Assembly: GCA_023396915.1 (NCBI GenBank)
Contig: JAEWUV010000002.1
Span: forward strand, 3,171-67,170
DNA: 64,000 bases
Direction of reading: 5' to 3'
Origin: Candidatus Parcubacteria bacterium
GTDB taxonomy: Bacteria; Patescibacteriota; Microgenomatia; UBA12405
This document shows positions 9,508 through 19,234 of the stretch, in pieces; positions within the stretch are counted from its first letter, which is position 1; the number at the start of each line of letters is the position of its first letter. Under the pieces are notes generated by a model that searched no databases, was not told where the DNA came from, and saw only the letters and a list, made by a program, of their open reading frames with translations. A program made the translations under genes and the position numbers.

Positions 9508-9927
9508 TTATTGATTAGAACTGGTATCAGCAGCTTTTTGTTGTGATTCAATCTTTGCCCAAGCCTCTTTGGTAAGAGAACCAACTGTTTTCTTTTTACC
9601 TTTGCGGGTACGGGAATTAGTTTTGGTTCTTTGGCCTCGAACTGGGAGACTGACGATATGACGAATTCCTCTGTAAGAGTGAATAGCTTTGAGACGATCA
9701 ATGTTCTCTCTTATTTCTTTTTTTAAATCACCTTCAATTTTGAAAGACTCTAAAGATTTCATGAGAACAGCAACCTCATCACGACTTAGGTCTTTGACTC
9801 GTGTATCTAAGTTAATATTGGACATAGCGGCTAACTTTTTGACATTAGTACGACCAATGCCGTAAAAACGAGTTAGTCCTATTTCAACTCGTTCATTATC
9901 TGGAATTTCAACACCAAGAATTCTCAT
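9508..9927 (-). CDS. rpsM: 30S ribosomal protein S13
   Basis: MRILGVEIPDNERVEIGLTRFYGIG. Confidence 0.95.
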   Translation of the reverse strand: MRILGVEIPDNERVEIGLTRFYGIGRTNVKKLAAMSNINLDTRVKDLSRDEVAVLMKSLESFKIEGDLKKEIRENIDRLKAIHSYRGIRHIVSLPVRGQRTKTNSRTRKGKKKTVGSLTKEAWAKIESQQKAADTSSNQ

Positions 9928-9932
9928 ATATA

Positions 9933-10046
9933 TTAACCTTGTTTTTGGTTGTGTCTTTTAGTAGAACAAATAACACGCCGAATACCGCGGCGGATAACCA
10001 CTTTACAATTTCGACAACGACGTTTAATGCTGGATTTTACTTTCAT
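9933..10046 (-). CDS. rpmJ: 50S ribosomal protein L36 (zinc ribbon)
   Basis: Manual translation [37 protein letters not shown] (37 aa; C-x2-C-x12-C-x4-H). Below the ORF-track size cutoff. Confidence 0.9.
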   Translation of the reverse strand: MKVKSSIKRRCRNCKVVIRRGIRRVICSTKRHNQKQG

Positions 10047-10106
10047 AGGAAGACAACTTGGATATTGTACCTTAAACTTAAGGCAATATCAAAGAGTAAA
10101 TTTAAT

Positions 10107-10313
10107 TTAGTTTCTATAAACAATGCGACCCAAGTTTCCATCGGGACTAAGAACAAGAGAAACGCTATCACCAGCAATGACGTGGATGTGATTCATGCGT
10201 AATTTACCGGCTAAATGAGCTACTATTAATTTTCCATCTCCTAATTTAACCCGATAAAGAGAATTAGGTAAAATTTCAGTAACTTGGCCGTTAACTGTTG
10301 GTTCTTTTGGCAT
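10107..10313 (-). CDS. infA: Translation initiation factor IF-1
   Basis: 68 aa; VTEILPNSLYRVKLGDGKLIVAHLAGKLRMN. Confidence 0.95.
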   Translation of the reverse strand: MPKEPTVNGQVTEILPNSLYRVKLGDGKLIVAHLAGKLRMNHIHVIAGDSVSLVLSPDGNLGRIVYRN

Positions 10314-10334
10314 TTTTGTTTAATTAATAATAAA

Positions 10335-10925
10335 TTACCTTAAACTACTAACTTTTTGATCAATGTCGGTAGCAATTGGTTCGATAGGACGATTACCATC
10401 GACTCTGAATAATAAATTCTTGGTTTGGAAATAATCCATAATTAAACCGTTGTTGTCGTCGTAGAACTTTTGACGAGCGGCCATAGCTTCTGGGGTATTG
10501 TCGGTACGATTTTTATCTTGAAACTCGGCACCCATTTTGGCACGACGAGCGTTAATCTCTTCAAAAGTAACATCAAGATGAATAATCAAATCAACAGGCT
10601 CATTTTTATCGGCTAAATATTTTTCAATAAACTGACCTTGAGAAAGAATTCGAGGAAATCCATCAATAATAAAATCTTTGTTGCCAATTTTTTCTAGATT
10701 AGAAGTAAGAATGGCAAAAGCAATTTCGTCTGGGACTAAATTACCTGCGTCAACGATTGATTTGGCTTTTAGACCTAATTCTGAACCAGCAGCAATTTCA
10801 TCACGAAGAAGTTGTCCCATGGAAAGATGGGTTAAACCGTATTTGGTGGCAATTAATTTTGCTTGGGTTGATTTGCCGCAACCTGATGGACCAATTATGA
10901 AAAGATTTAATGACATAGATATCAA
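10335..10925 (-). CDS. adk: Adenylate kinase
   Basis: P-loop IIGPSGCGKSTQA; the start may instead be the Met three codons downstream. Confidence 0.9.
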   Translation of the reverse strand: MISMSLNLFIIGPSGCGKSTQAKLIATKYGLTHLSMGQLLRDEIAAGSELGLKAKSIVDAGNLVPDEIAFAILTSNLEKIGNKDFIIDGFPRILSQGQFIEKYLADKNEPVDLIIHLDVTFEEINARRAKMGAEFQDKNRTDNTPEAMAARQKFYDDNNGLIMDYFQTKNLLFRVDGNRPIEPIATDIDQKVSSLR

Positions 10926-10936
10926 TAAATTAATAA

Positions 10937-12217
10937 TTAATAAGTAAGTTTGTCGTAATTGTAAGTTTGGACAACATTTTCGATTTTCCTGGTTAATTCC
11001 AAAACCACAGAAACAACGATTAATACGCTAGTACCACCGACAGTGAGGGTGGTAACATTGGTAATTTTTTGAATAATTGAAGGAGTCACGGCAATTAAGC
11101 CTAAAAATAAAGAACCAATTAACAAAACTCGGTTAATTAAATATTGAAGACGTTTTTCAGTAGAAATTCCAGGTCTAATTCCAGGAATGAAACCACCAGA
11201 CTTCCTAAGCTCTTCAGCAATATCTTTTGGTTTAAAAACAACTGATGTGTAAAAAAAGGTAAAACCAATAACTAAAAAGAAATAAAAAAACATATAAAGA
11301 TACCCTGTGGTGGCAAAGATATGTGTTAGGCTATTGCCAAAATTAGAAAGTGCAGAATTGGAAAGACGGGAAAGGAATTGACCTAAAAGTGAAGGAACAG
11401 TGGCTAAAGAAACAGCAAAAATAATAGGCATAACACCAGCGGTGTTAACTTTAATCGGCAAATAAGTTGATTGTCCCCTTTTGGAATAATTAATAGGAAT
11501 TTTCAAAATAGCTTCTTCGACGAAAACGATAGCGGCAATTAAAACTAAAGCCATAGTAATAAGAATAATTAAGTTTAAGCTGTTTTGGGGGTTGGAGAAA
11601 TCAGTAACCGAAAAAGTTTGAATCAAACTAATAGGGAGACGAGAGATGATACCGGCAAAAATAAGCATAGAGATACCATTACCAACGCCATAAAGGTTAA
11701 TAAGCTCACCCATAAAAATCATAATCATAGTACCGGCAAGCATAGTTAGAACTAAAGCAATAGTATTTAGAATACTAAAATTAGTAATAATGTTTTGCGA
11801 TCTAAGAATGGCATACATACCCAAACTATTAATGATGGCAAATGGAATAGTGGCAATTCTGGTATATTGATTAATCTTGGCCCGGCCATATTCACCTTCT
11901 TTTTGAAGTTCTTCAATTTGAGGAACCACCAAGGCTAACAATTGCATCATAACCGAAGCACTGATATAAGGGCTAAGCCCTAGAGCAGCAATAGAAAAAT
12001 TGGCCAAAGTTCCACCGGAAAAAATATCTAAAAGAGATAATAATTGGTTTTGAGAAAAAAATTGTTGAAGTAAAGCGAGATTAATTCCAGGAACGGGAAT
12101 GTGAGCAATTAAGCGAAAGACACCGAGTATCAAAAAGGTAAATAAGAGTTTTTTCCGAAATATAGGAGTTTTAAAAGCTTGCCAATAAAGAGAAAGAGTT
12201 TTTGTGAACTGATTCAT
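10937..12217 (-). CDS. secY: Preprotein translocase subunit SecY
   Basis: 426 aa; 10 TM segments; position between rplO and adk. Confidence 0.95.
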   Translation of the reverse strand: MNQFTKTLSLYWQAFKTPIFRKKLLFTFLILGVFRLIAHIPVPGINLALLQQFFSQNQLLSLLDIFSGGTLANFSIAALGLSPYISASVMMQLLALVVPQIEELQKEGEYGRAKINQYTRIATIPFAIINSLGMYAILRSQNIITNFSILNTIALVLTMLAGTMIMIFMGELINLYGVGNGISMLIFAGIISRLPISLIQTFSVTDFSNPQNSLNLIILITMALVLIAAIVFVEEAILKIPINYSKRGQSTYLPIKVNTAGVMPIIFAVSLATVPSLLGQFLSRLSNSALSNFGNSLTHIFATTGYLYMFFYFFLVIGFTFFYTSVVFKPKDIAEELRKSGGFIPGIRPGISTEKRLQYLINRVLLIGSLFLGLIAVTPSIIQKITNVTTLTVGGTSVLIVVSVVLELTRKIENVVQTYNYDKLTY

Positions 12218-12666
12218 TAATCTATCTTACCACCGGCAGTAATAATTTTTTTTGAAGTAGCTTTGGAAACTAAAACGTTTTTAAAGGTTAAGGATTTGGT
12301 AATTTCTCCGGTGGAAAGAATTTTAACTCCGGAATTAAGTTTATTAAGCGCAATTTTAGTTTTTTTAGATAAAGAATTTACATCAACAACTTCATCTTTG
12401 TTAAACCACTTGTCGATTTGTGAGAGATTAAAAGTAATAATATTTTTAGTGTTGTTGAGACGGTTTTTACCTCTTAGAAAAGGAAGCCTTTTAATCCAAC
12501 CTTTTTTAATCTTAGTACCATCGAAGGTTAGTTTACTTTTACCCCGAGCTTTGTCACCTTTTTGTCCACGACCAACAGTGTGACCACCTAAACCAGAACC
12601 AATCCCTCGACCACGACGTCTGGCTGATTTTGAGGTAGTTTTTGGTAATTTAGTTAAAATATCCAT
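12217..12666 (-). CDS. rplO: 50S ribosomal protein L15
   Basis: RRRGRGIGSGLGGHTVGRGQKG. Start trimmed to the Met 2 nt after the rpsE stop; the ORF-track 5' extension overlaps rpsE. Confidence 0.9.
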   Translation of the reverse strand: MDILTKLPKTTSKSARRRGRGIGSGLGGHTVGRGQKGDKARGKSKLTFDGTKIKKGWIKRLPFLRGKNRLNNTKNIITFNLSQIDKWFNKDEVVDVNSLSKKTKIALNKLNSGVKILSTGEITKSLTFKNVLVSKATSKKIITAGGKID

Positions 12667-12668
12667 AA

Positions 12669-13151
12669 TTATTTTTGTAAAAGTTGTAAAGCCTTGAGAG
12701 TGGCCCAAACGTTAATTGATTTATTTTTTGAACCAATAATCTTACTAACTATATCTTTGATACCAGCTAATTCAACAACTGATCTGACTGGACCGCCAGC
12801 AATAAGACCAGACCCGGTTTTACCTGGACGAATTAAAACGATAGCTCCTTTGAATTTTAATTTAATTGAACCAGGAATAGTTCCGTCGATAATAGGGACT
12901 TCGATTAATGATTTCTGGGCTTTCTTAACCCCTTTTTGAATAGCTTCGGCGACACTTTTAGCTTTACCTAAGCCGACTCCTACACGGGACTTTTTGTCAC
13001 CAGAAACGACTAAGGCTGTAAAATGTATTTGGTTACCACCTTTGGTTTTTTTAGAAACACGTTTAATTTGAACAACTTTATCAGTAAATTCACTAACTGG
13101 TTTTTCAAATTTTTCTCTTTTTTGATTTGTTTTTTGGTCGTTGTAAGTCAT
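12669..13151 (-). CDS. rpsE: 30S ribosomal protein S5
   Basis: 160 aa; GGNQIHFTALVVSGDKKSRVGVGLGKA. It directly abuts rplO, so there is no L30 gene. Confidence 0.95.
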   Translation of the reverse strand: MTYNDQKTNQKREKFEKPVSEFTDKVVQIKRVSKKTKGGNQIHFTALVVSGDKKSRVGVGLGKAKSVAEAIQKGVKKAQKSLIEVPIIDGTIPGSIKLKFKGAIVLIRPGKTGSGLIAGGPVRSVVELAGIKDIVSKIIGSKNKSINVWATLKALQLLQK

Positions 13152-13152
13152 A

Positions 13153-13497
13153 TTAGAATTTTAAACCTCCATTACGAGCACCATCAGCCAAAGCCTTAAC
13201 CCGGCCGTGATAACGGTAATTTCCCCGATCAAATCGGATATTAATAATCTTTTTGCTAAGTGCAAGTTTGGCAATCTCTTGACCAACCTGTTGGGATTTT
13301 TCGGATTTGGTCCCCTTAAGACCTTTGATTGTTTTAGTGGAGGCAGAAACTAAAGTTTTACCATGTTTATCATCGATAATCTGAGCCCAAATATGTTGAT
13401 TGCTACGGAATACAGAAAGTCGAGGAATACCTGTGTTTTGAGCAACTTTATTCCTAACTCGAAGAAGTCTTCTAATTTTTGAGTTGTGTTGAATCAT
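13153..13497 (-). CDS. rplR: 50S ribosomal protein L18
   Basis: 114 aa; [17 protein letters not shown]. Confidence 0.95.
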   Translation of the reverse strand: MIQHNSKIRRLLRVRNKVAQNTGIPRLSVFRSNQHIWAQIIDDKHGKTLVSASTKTIKGLKGTKSEKSQQVGQEIAKLALSKKIINIRFDRGNYRYHGRVKALADGARNGGLKF

Positions 13498-13519
13498 TAT
13501 TATTTATTTAAGTTTTAAT

Positions 13520-14062
13520 TTACTCGGTTTTGGCTTTCTTACCGGCTTTTAATTTTATAAATTCGTCTATATAGCGAACACCTTTACCTTTGTAAGGTTC
13601 CGGTGGTCTGGTTTTTCTAATATTACTAGCAATTTGCCCAACAATCATTTTATTTAATCCAGAAACAGTAATTTTTGTTTCTTCTTCAACTTGGAAGAAA
13701 ATACCTTCTGGAGCAGTTATTTCAACTGGGTGAATATAGCCGACTAATAATTTAAGTTTATTGCCATTAACAGAAGCTTTATAACCAGTGCCTCTGACTT
13801 CTAATTGTTTGGTCCAAGGATTTTGAACACCTTGAATCATATTGCTGATATGAGCTCTGGTGGCTCCATGACAGGCTTTGATTTTTTTATCTTCAGAGAG
13901 TCTAGTGACAACAACTTGATTATCTTTGACCTCAACGTTAATTTTGAAAGGAATATTTAAAATCAAATTGCCTTTTGGACCAGCAACTGTAACCACTGAT
14001 TTATCTATGGTGACAGTAACTCCGGCGGGGATAGTGATGATTTTTTTACCAATTCTAGACAT
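13520..14062 (-). CDS. rplF: 50S ribosomal protein L6
   Basis: 180 aa; MSRIGKKIITIPAGVTVTI. Confidence 0.95.
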   Translation of the reverse strand: MSRIGKKIITIPAGVTVTIDKSVVTVAGPKGNLILNIPFKINVEVKDNQVVVTRLSEDKKIKACHGATRAHISNMIQGVQNPWTKQLEVRGTGYKASVNGNKLKLLVGYIHPVEITAPEGIFFQVEEETKITVSGLNKMIVGQIASNIRKTRPPEPYKGKGVRYIDEFIKLKAGKKAKTE

Positions 14063-14065
14063 AAT

Positions 14066-14455
14066 TTAATAAATTTCAGCAATAATTTCACCACCAAGAG
14101 ATTTGCTTTTAGCCTCTTTTTGAGACATAACCCCATTACTGGTAGAAACAATAATTAATGATTTTGGTGTTTTCCCCCAAGGAAGAGAAGAAACTCTTTC
14201 ATAAATTCTTCGACCTGGTTTAGAAAAAACTTTAAGCTCAGAAATTTTAGGTTGATTTCCGTCATAAGCTAATTCGATATTGATTTGTCTTTTAGCATCA
14301 TCAGTAACAGAATAAGCAGCAATATAACCATATCTTTTGAGAAGATCAGTCATGTTGATACAAAAATTAGAAGCCGGAATGGTAATCTTCTTTTTACCGG
14401 CTCTGGCGGCATTTTTGATTCTAATTAAAAAATCGATAGAAAATGATTGCAACAT
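14066..14455 (-). CDS. rpsH: 30S ribosomal protein S8
   Basis: Start trimmed to MLQSFSIDFLIRIKNA...; the ORF-track upstream extension runs antisense-frame through rpsZ. Confidence 0.9.
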   Translation of the reverse strand: MLQSFSIDFLIRIKNAARAGKKKITIPASNFCINMTDLLKRYGYIAAYSVTDDAKRQINIELAYDGNQPKISELKVFSKPGRRIYERVSSLPWGKTPKSLIIVSTSNGVMSQKEAKSKSLGGEIIAEIY

Positions 14456-14459
14456 AAAA

Positions 14460-14645
14460 TTACCAACTTGATTTTTTAACTCCCGGAAGGACACCTTGGT
14501 GGGCAAGCTTGCGGAAGCAAAGGCGACAAACGCCAAATAAACGAATAAATCCATGTGGACGACCACAAATGGAACACCTATTATGGTGTCTAACACTATA
14601 TTTTAATTTTTTTTGTTCTCTAACTATTTTTGCAGTAGTTGCCAT
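14460..14645 (-). CDS. rpsZ: 30S ribosomal protein S14, type Z (zinc-binding)
   Basis: 61 aa; [22 protein letters not shown]. Confidence 0.95.
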   Translation of the reverse strand: MATTAKIVREQKKLKYSVRHHNRCSICGRPHGFIRLFGVCRLCFRKLAHQGVLPGVKKSSW

Positions 14646-14647
14646 AA

Positions 14648-15196
14648 TTATTGGTTATCTGGTTTCTCGAATGGGAAACCCAAGGCTGATAATAACATTT
14701 TTGCTTCATCTTTTGAAGTAGTATTGATATTTAGGGTAATCTGAACCGAACGAATCTTGTTAACTTTATCTAAATTAATCTCTGGGAAGAGAGTTTGGTC
14801 CTTGATGGTAAGATTGTAGTTTCCAGCGTCATCAAAGGCATTTTGACTCATACCTTTGAAATCACGAAGTCTGGGTAAAATAAGGTTGAAAAGTTTTTCA
14901 ACAAAATCATACATCCTGGCACCACGTAAGGTTACTTTTAGAGCCAAAGGGTCATTTTGGCGAAGTTTAAAACTAGAAACAGCTTTTTTGGCTTTGGTAA
15001 GTTGTGGTTTTTGACCTGTAATAGCGATAATTTCTTCGGTAGCAGCATCAAGAGCTTCTTTGCTTTCTCTGGCTTCAGAAACACGATAGTTGATGACTAC
15101 CTTGGTTAATTTTGGTAAAGAAAATACGTTTCTATTCTTACCAATTTTTTCAATTAACTCTTCTTTGATAGTGGTTTGAATAATATTTTTTAACAT
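14648..15196 (-). CDS. rplE: 50S ribosomal protein L5
   Basis: 182 aa; spc-operon position. Confidence 0.95.
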   Translation of the reverse strand: MLKNIIQTTIKEELIEKIGKNRNVFSLPKLTKVVINYRVSEARESKEALDAATEEIIAITGQKPQLTKAKKAVSSFKLRQNDPLALKVTLRGARMYDFVEKLFNLILPRLRDFKGMSQNAFDDAGNYNLTIKDQTLFPEINLDKVNKIRSVQITLNINTTSKDEAKMLLSALGFPFEKPDNQ

Positions 15197-15198
15197 AA

Positions 15199-15528
15199 TT
15201 ATTTCTTGGAAATTTGTTTTGAATTAATGACAGCTTGGCATTTTTTACAAATTCGGTACTTAGTTCCAGATTTGTCGATTTTGTAACCAACACGAGTTGT
15301 TTTTTTACATTCAGGACAAATTAAAATGACTTTAGAAATATGGAAAGGTCGTTCTTTTTCAACGATACTACCTGGACGATTCTGGGATGGTTTAACATGT
15401 TTTTTGAACATATTGAGACCTTGTACCACAATGGTTGATTTTTTAGGAAAGCATTTGACCACTTCACCTTCACGGCCCTTGTCTTTACCTATTAAAATTT
15501 TGACTTTATCTCCTTTTAAAATTTTCAT
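15199..15528 (-). CDS. rplX: 50S ribosomal protein L24 (C-terminus carries CxxC...CxxC)
   Basis: KOW motif KGDKVKILIGKDKGREGEV. C-terminus ICPECKKTTRVGYKIDKSGTKYRICKKCQAV. Start set at MKILKG, 1 nt after the rplN stop. Confidence 0.9.
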   Translation of the reverse strand: MKILKGDKVKILIGKDKGREGEVVKCFPKKSTIVVQGLNMFKKHVKPSQNRPGSIVEKERPFHISKVILICPECKKTTRVGYKIDKSGTKYRICKKCQAVINSKQISKK

Positions 15529-15529
15529 A

Positions 15530-15898
15530 TTAATAAACCTCCTGGGCCATTGAAGCAATCTTGTTAAAACCTAAATCTTTAATTTCACGGGCTATTGGTC
15601 CAAAAATACGAGTTCCCCGTGGATTTTTTTGTGAGTCAATAATAACTCCGGCGTTATCACTAAAACGAATATAAGAGCCGTCGGCTCGTCCAAATTCTTT
15701 TTTTGTACGGACAATAACCATTTTAACTTTTTCTTTTTTCTTGACTAAACCATTGGGGATAGCATCTTTGACTACAGCTAAAACGACATCACCAATTGTG
15801 GCTTTCTTATGAAAATAACCTTTGTAGACGTGTACAACCTGAGCACTTCTTGCTCCACAATTGTCAGCTGGTTTAATTATAGTTCTAAGTTGGACCAT
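15530..15898 (-). CDS. rplN: 50S ribosomal protein L14
   Basis: 122 aa; MVQLRTIIKPADNCGAR. Confidence 0.95.
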   Translation of the reverse strand: MVQLRTIIKPADNCGARSAQVVHVYKGYFHKKATIGDVVLAVVKDAIPNGLVKKKEKVKMVIVRTKKEFGRADGSYIRFSDNAGVIIDSQKNPRGTRIFGPIAREIKDLGFNKIASMAQEVY

Positions 15899-15905
15899 AG
15901 TTTTA

Positions 15906-16166
15906 TTAAGATTTTTTAATAATTTCGACAGTAGTAAAGCGTTTAAGTTTACTTAATGGTCGAACCTCTTTGACTTTTATAACATCACCCATTTTGGCTG
16001 ATAAATTATTTTCGGCATAAATTTTTTTATATTTAGAAACAATTTTTTTATAAAGAGGGTGGCGATAAGTATATTCCATAGAAATAACGAGAGTATTGGT
16101 CATTTTGTCCGAGACAACTTGACCAATAAAAGTCTTTCCGGTTTTATTAGTATTATTTTTCTTCAT
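15906..16166 (-). CDS. rpsQ: 30S ribosomal protein S17
   Basis: 86 aa; GQVVSDKMTNTLVISMEY. Confidence 0.9.
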   Translation of the reverse strand: MKKNNTNKTGKTFIGQVVSDKMTNTLVISMEYTYRHPLYKKIVSKYKKIYAENNLSAKMGDVIKVKEVRPLSKLKRFTTVEIIKKS

Positions 16167-16368
16167 TTTTATTTTCTTTTAAAAGCGTAAGGATAAGAGC
16201 GATTTGTTTTTTAGTTTTTTTGAATACAGAGGTATCGCTTTGATTGCCGGTAGCAAATTTTGCCTTGGCTTCGATAAGACTTTTTCTTAGTTCAAGAAGA
16301 TTTTTAGTAAGTTCCTCTCGGCTTTTTTGTCTGTAGGAAATTTTATCAGCTTTTTTCATAAAATCCAC
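16153..16368 (-). CDS. rpmC: 50S ribosomal protein L29
   Basis: 71 aa helical protein; position between L16 and S17. Confidence 0.9.
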   Translation of the reverse strand: MDFMKKADKISYRQKSREELTKNLLELRKSLIEAKAKFATGNQSDTSVFKKTKKQIALILTLLKENKNEEK

Positions 16369-16370
16369 TC

Positions 16371-16772
16371 CTATTTTTTAGCAACTATTTTACAAATAAC
16401 TGGTAATTTAGCGGTAGCTAATCTTAAAGCCTCGTGAGAATCTTGCTCACTGATGCCAGAGACTTCGAATATAATCCGTCCAGGTTTAATTACAGCAACA
16501 TAACCTTTGACATCCCCTTTACCAGCACCCATGGTTCCAGTACCTTTTTCGGTGACAGGTTTGTCTGGGAAAATTCTTACCCACATACGACCATTTCTTT
16601 TAGTAGCATGGGCAATAGCTCGGCGGGCAGCTTCAAGCTGATTGGCAGTAATCCAACCACATTCTAAAGATTTAAGACCATATTCTCCGAAAGAGACCAA
16701 GTTTCCCTTGGAATTTCCACGCATTTTACCACGGAATTGTTTTCGATATTTAGTACGACTTGGTTGTAACAT
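16371..16772 (-). CDS. rplP: 50S ribosomal protein L16
   Basis: MLQPSRTKYRKQFRGKMRG. Start trimmed to the Met just after the rpsC stop. Confidence 0.95.
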   Translation of the reverse strand: MLQPSRTKYRKQFRGKMRGNSKGNLVSFGEYGLKSLECGWITANQLEAARRAIAHATKRNGRMWVRIFPDKPVTEKGTGTMGAGKGDVKGYVAVIKPGRIIFEVSGISEQDSHEALRLATAKLPVICKIVAKK

Positions 16773-16774
16773 AA

Positions 16775-17416
16775 TTAGATTAAGCAAAGATAAACTTTAA
16801 CTCCGATATAACCCGATCTAGTTAAAGATGGGCATTCATGGTAATCAATTTTTGAACGAATAGTACTTAAAGGAATTTTTCCTTGAGAAAATTTCTCCCG
16901 ACGACTAATTTCAGCACCATTGATACGTCCAGAAAGAATAACTTTGATACCCTTGGCACCGGCAGACATAGATTTTTCAATAGCAGAAAGGACAACCCGT
17001 CGATAGGGCATTCTTTTTGTAAGTTGATAAGCAATTTTTTCGGCAATTAATTTTGCGGAAAGATCAACATGTTTAAATTCTTCAACCTGAATCTCGATTG
17101 ACTGTTTACCACTATCTTTATTTAAAAGTTTTTGAATATCTTTTTTGAGCGACTCTAGTTCTTTACCCCCACGACCGATTACTAAACCAGGACGAGAAAC
17201 AACAAGAGTAATTTTAATTTTTTTAACGGATCGTTCAATTTTGATATTTACTATACCGGAAGAATAAATCCTTTTTTGTAAAAAGTCTCTGATTTTTTTA
17301 TCTTCTAAAAGATAAACAGGATATTTTTTACTATTAGCAAACCAACTTGATTGCCATTCAGGACTGTTTTTAACAGCTTCAAGTCTAAAACCGATAGGAT
17401 TAACTTTTTGACCCAT
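16775..17416 (-). CDS. rpsC: 30S ribosomal protein S3
   Basis: 213 aa; KH domain GQKVNPIGFRL. Confidence 0.95.
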   Translation of the reverse strand: MGQKVNPIGFRLEAVKNSPEWQSSWFANSKKYPVYLLEDKKIRDFLQKRIYSSGIVNIKIERSVKKIKITLVVSRPGLVIGRGGKELESLKKDIQKLLNKDSGKQSIEIQVEEFKHVDLSAKLIAEKIAYQLTKRMPYRRVVLSAIEKSMSAGAKGIKVILSGRINGAEISRREKFSQGKIPLSTIRSKIDYHECPSLTRSGYIGVKVYLCLI

Positions 17417-17418
17417 AT

Positions 17419-17904
17419 TTATTTTTGAGTTCCTTTAACAATTATTACAAGACGACTATGTCTTTTTTGGATTAAACCACGGGCATAACGAGACCCATGA
17501 GATTTATCCATGCGTTTAATTTTTAAAGCTTCATCAGCCTTGATAGTATCAAATTTTAAAGAATTTGTATCTAAGCCAAAATTGTTTTTAGCATCGGCGA
17601 TAACATTTGTCAAAGCCTTGACCATAATACGAGCAGCTTTGGTATTAATAAACTTAACCCGAGCAAGGGCTTCGACCGGAGTAAACTTTTTAATATCGTT
17701 TACTAAAAGACGGAGTTTTCTGGGAGAAATTTGAATATCTTTGTTAAGATATTTGGCAACTTTAGTTGCCTTAATAACTTCCACTGGTTTAATCTCAGCT
17801 TTGGTTATATTTTTATCATCCGTTACTGTTTTAGTAACAGGCTTTTTTTTGACCACAGTTTTAGTAACTTTTGGTTTAGTAATTTTTTTTGTAATATCTG
17901 CCAT
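17419..17904 (-). CDS. rplV: 50S ribosomal protein L22 (Lys/Thr-rich N-terminal extension)
   Basis: 161 aa; ISPRKLRLLVNDIK core; extension of about 45 aa. Confidence 0.9.
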   Translation of the reverse strand: MADITKKITKPKVTKTVVKKKPVTKTVTDDKNITKAEIKPVEVIKATKVAKYLNKDIQISPRKLRLLVNDIKKFTPVEALARVKFINTKAARIMVKALTNVIADAKNNFGLDTNSLKFDTIKADEALKIKRMDKSHGSRYARGLIQKRHSRLVIIVKGTQK

Positions 17905-17910
17905 AAAATT

Positions 17911-18183
17911 TTAGGTTTTCTCAATAACTCTTTTAACTACACGTCCATGACCTTTAAAGGTTCTAGTAGGAGCAAATTCTCCGAGCTTGTGTCCAACCAT
18001 GTCTTCAGTAATATAAACATTGATAAATTTTTTACCATTGTGAATATCAAAGGTTTTACCGACAAATTCAGGAGCAACGGTACTGTGACGGGCATAAGTT
18101 TTGATAACCTGATTACCACCCTTGGCTAATTTATCAAGTATATTTTGGTCTACAAATGGGCCTTTTTTTGAGCTTCGAGACAT
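17911..18183 (-). CDS. rpsS: 30S ribosomal protein S19
   Basis: 90 aa; [11 protein letters not shown]. Confidence 0.95.
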   Translation of the reverse strand: MSRSSKKGPFVDQNILDKLAKGGNQVIKTYARHSTVAPEFVGKTFDIHNGKKFINVYITEDMVGHKLGEFAPTRTFKGHGRVVKRVIEKT

Positions 18184-18189
18184 AGATTT

Positions 18190-18933
18190 TTATTTTTTTC
18201 TTCTTTGAACTATTAACCGATTAGATGATTTTTTAAGTTTTCTAGTTTTTCTGAAAGCTGGTTTACCCCATCTGGTTTTAGGATGCATACCAATTGAACT
18301 GCGACCTTCACCACCTCCATGTGGATGAGAATGAGGATCTTGAGCAACACCACGAACAGTAGGACGAACACCACGATGTCTGGACTCGCCCGCTTTGGTT
18401 AATTTTTGGTTAGAATGATCGGAATTGGAAACTTGGCCAATGGTAGCACGACATTCAGAATTAAAAATTCTGATTTCTCCAGAAGGCAATTTAATAACAG
18501 CCCTGTCGCCATCGATACTTTGAATATAGGCGGCAGAACCAGCGCTTTTAACAAGTTGAGCAGGTTTATTAACATTAAAATTAATAGCATGAATAGGGAC
18601 TCCAACTGGGATATTTTTCAAAGGCAAACAATTGCCGTCTTTAATAGGGGCTGTTTTGTCAGAAGTAATGATATCTCCGATTTTAAGTTCAGTAGTGGCT
18701 AGGATATAAGCCTTCGTTCCGTTTTCATAGACAATTGAGGCCAAATCAGCAGTACGATTTGGATCGTATTCAATAGCAATAACTTTGGCTTTTAAGCCAA
18801 ATTTACTGCGATTCCATTCAATGTCACGCAAAAACCGTTTGTGTTCGCCACCCCGATGACGGGCTGACACGTGACCTTTTGAATCGCGTCCGCCGGTTTT
18901 TTTTCTGATGGTTAATAAAGATTTAATTGACAT
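18190..18933 (-). CDS. rplB: 50S ribosomal protein L2
   Basis: 247 aa; HGGGEGR motif. Confidence 0.95.
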   Translation of the reverse strand: MSIKSLLTIRKKTGGRDSKGHVSARHRGGEHKRFLRDIEWNRSKFGLKAKVIAIEYDPNRTADLASIVYENGTKAYILATTELKIGDIITSDKTAPIKDGNCLPLKNIPVGVPIHAINFNVNKPAQLVKSAGSAAYIQSIDGDRAVIKLPSGEIRIFNSECRATIGQVSNSDHSNQKLTKAGESRHRGVRPTVRGVAQDPHSHPHGGGEGRSSIGMHPKTRWGKPAFRKTRKLKKSSNRLIVQRRKK

Positions 18934-18935
18934 GT

Positions 18936-19232
18936 TTATTTAGTATTAAGTTTTAGTAATTCGATTTTGGTTCCTTTAGGGACAGCAATAACAGCTTTTT
19001 TTCGGTCTGATTTTTGAATAAGATGTCTGGTTTTCCAATTAGTTTTGGTCTTACCTTTGAGGATAGTAGTATTAACACTTAAGGGATTGATACCAAAAAC
19101 TGTTTTAAAAGAGTTTTTTATCTGATTTTTGGTAGCACTTATTGGAGCCCAAAAAGCATATTTATCCTGTGTCTGTTGATTGGCAAGTGATTTCTCGGTG
19201 ATGATTGGTTTTAAAACAATTAACTGATACAT
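18936..19232 (-). CDS. rplW: 50S ribosomal protein L23
   Basis: 98 aa; S10-operon position. Confidence 0.9.
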   Translation of the reverse strand: MYQLIVLKPIITEKSLANQQTQDKYAFWAPISATKNQIKNSFKTVFGINPLSVNTTILKGKTKTNWKTRHLIQKSDRKKAVIAVPKGTKIELLKLNTK

Positions 19233-19234
19233 AT

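Noticed and set aside
14066-14596. 176-aa six-frame ORF for S8 extending upstream
   Set aside because: The N-terminal 47 codons overlap rpsZ (S14) in another frame. The true S8 start is the Met at 14455, directly after the S14 stop.
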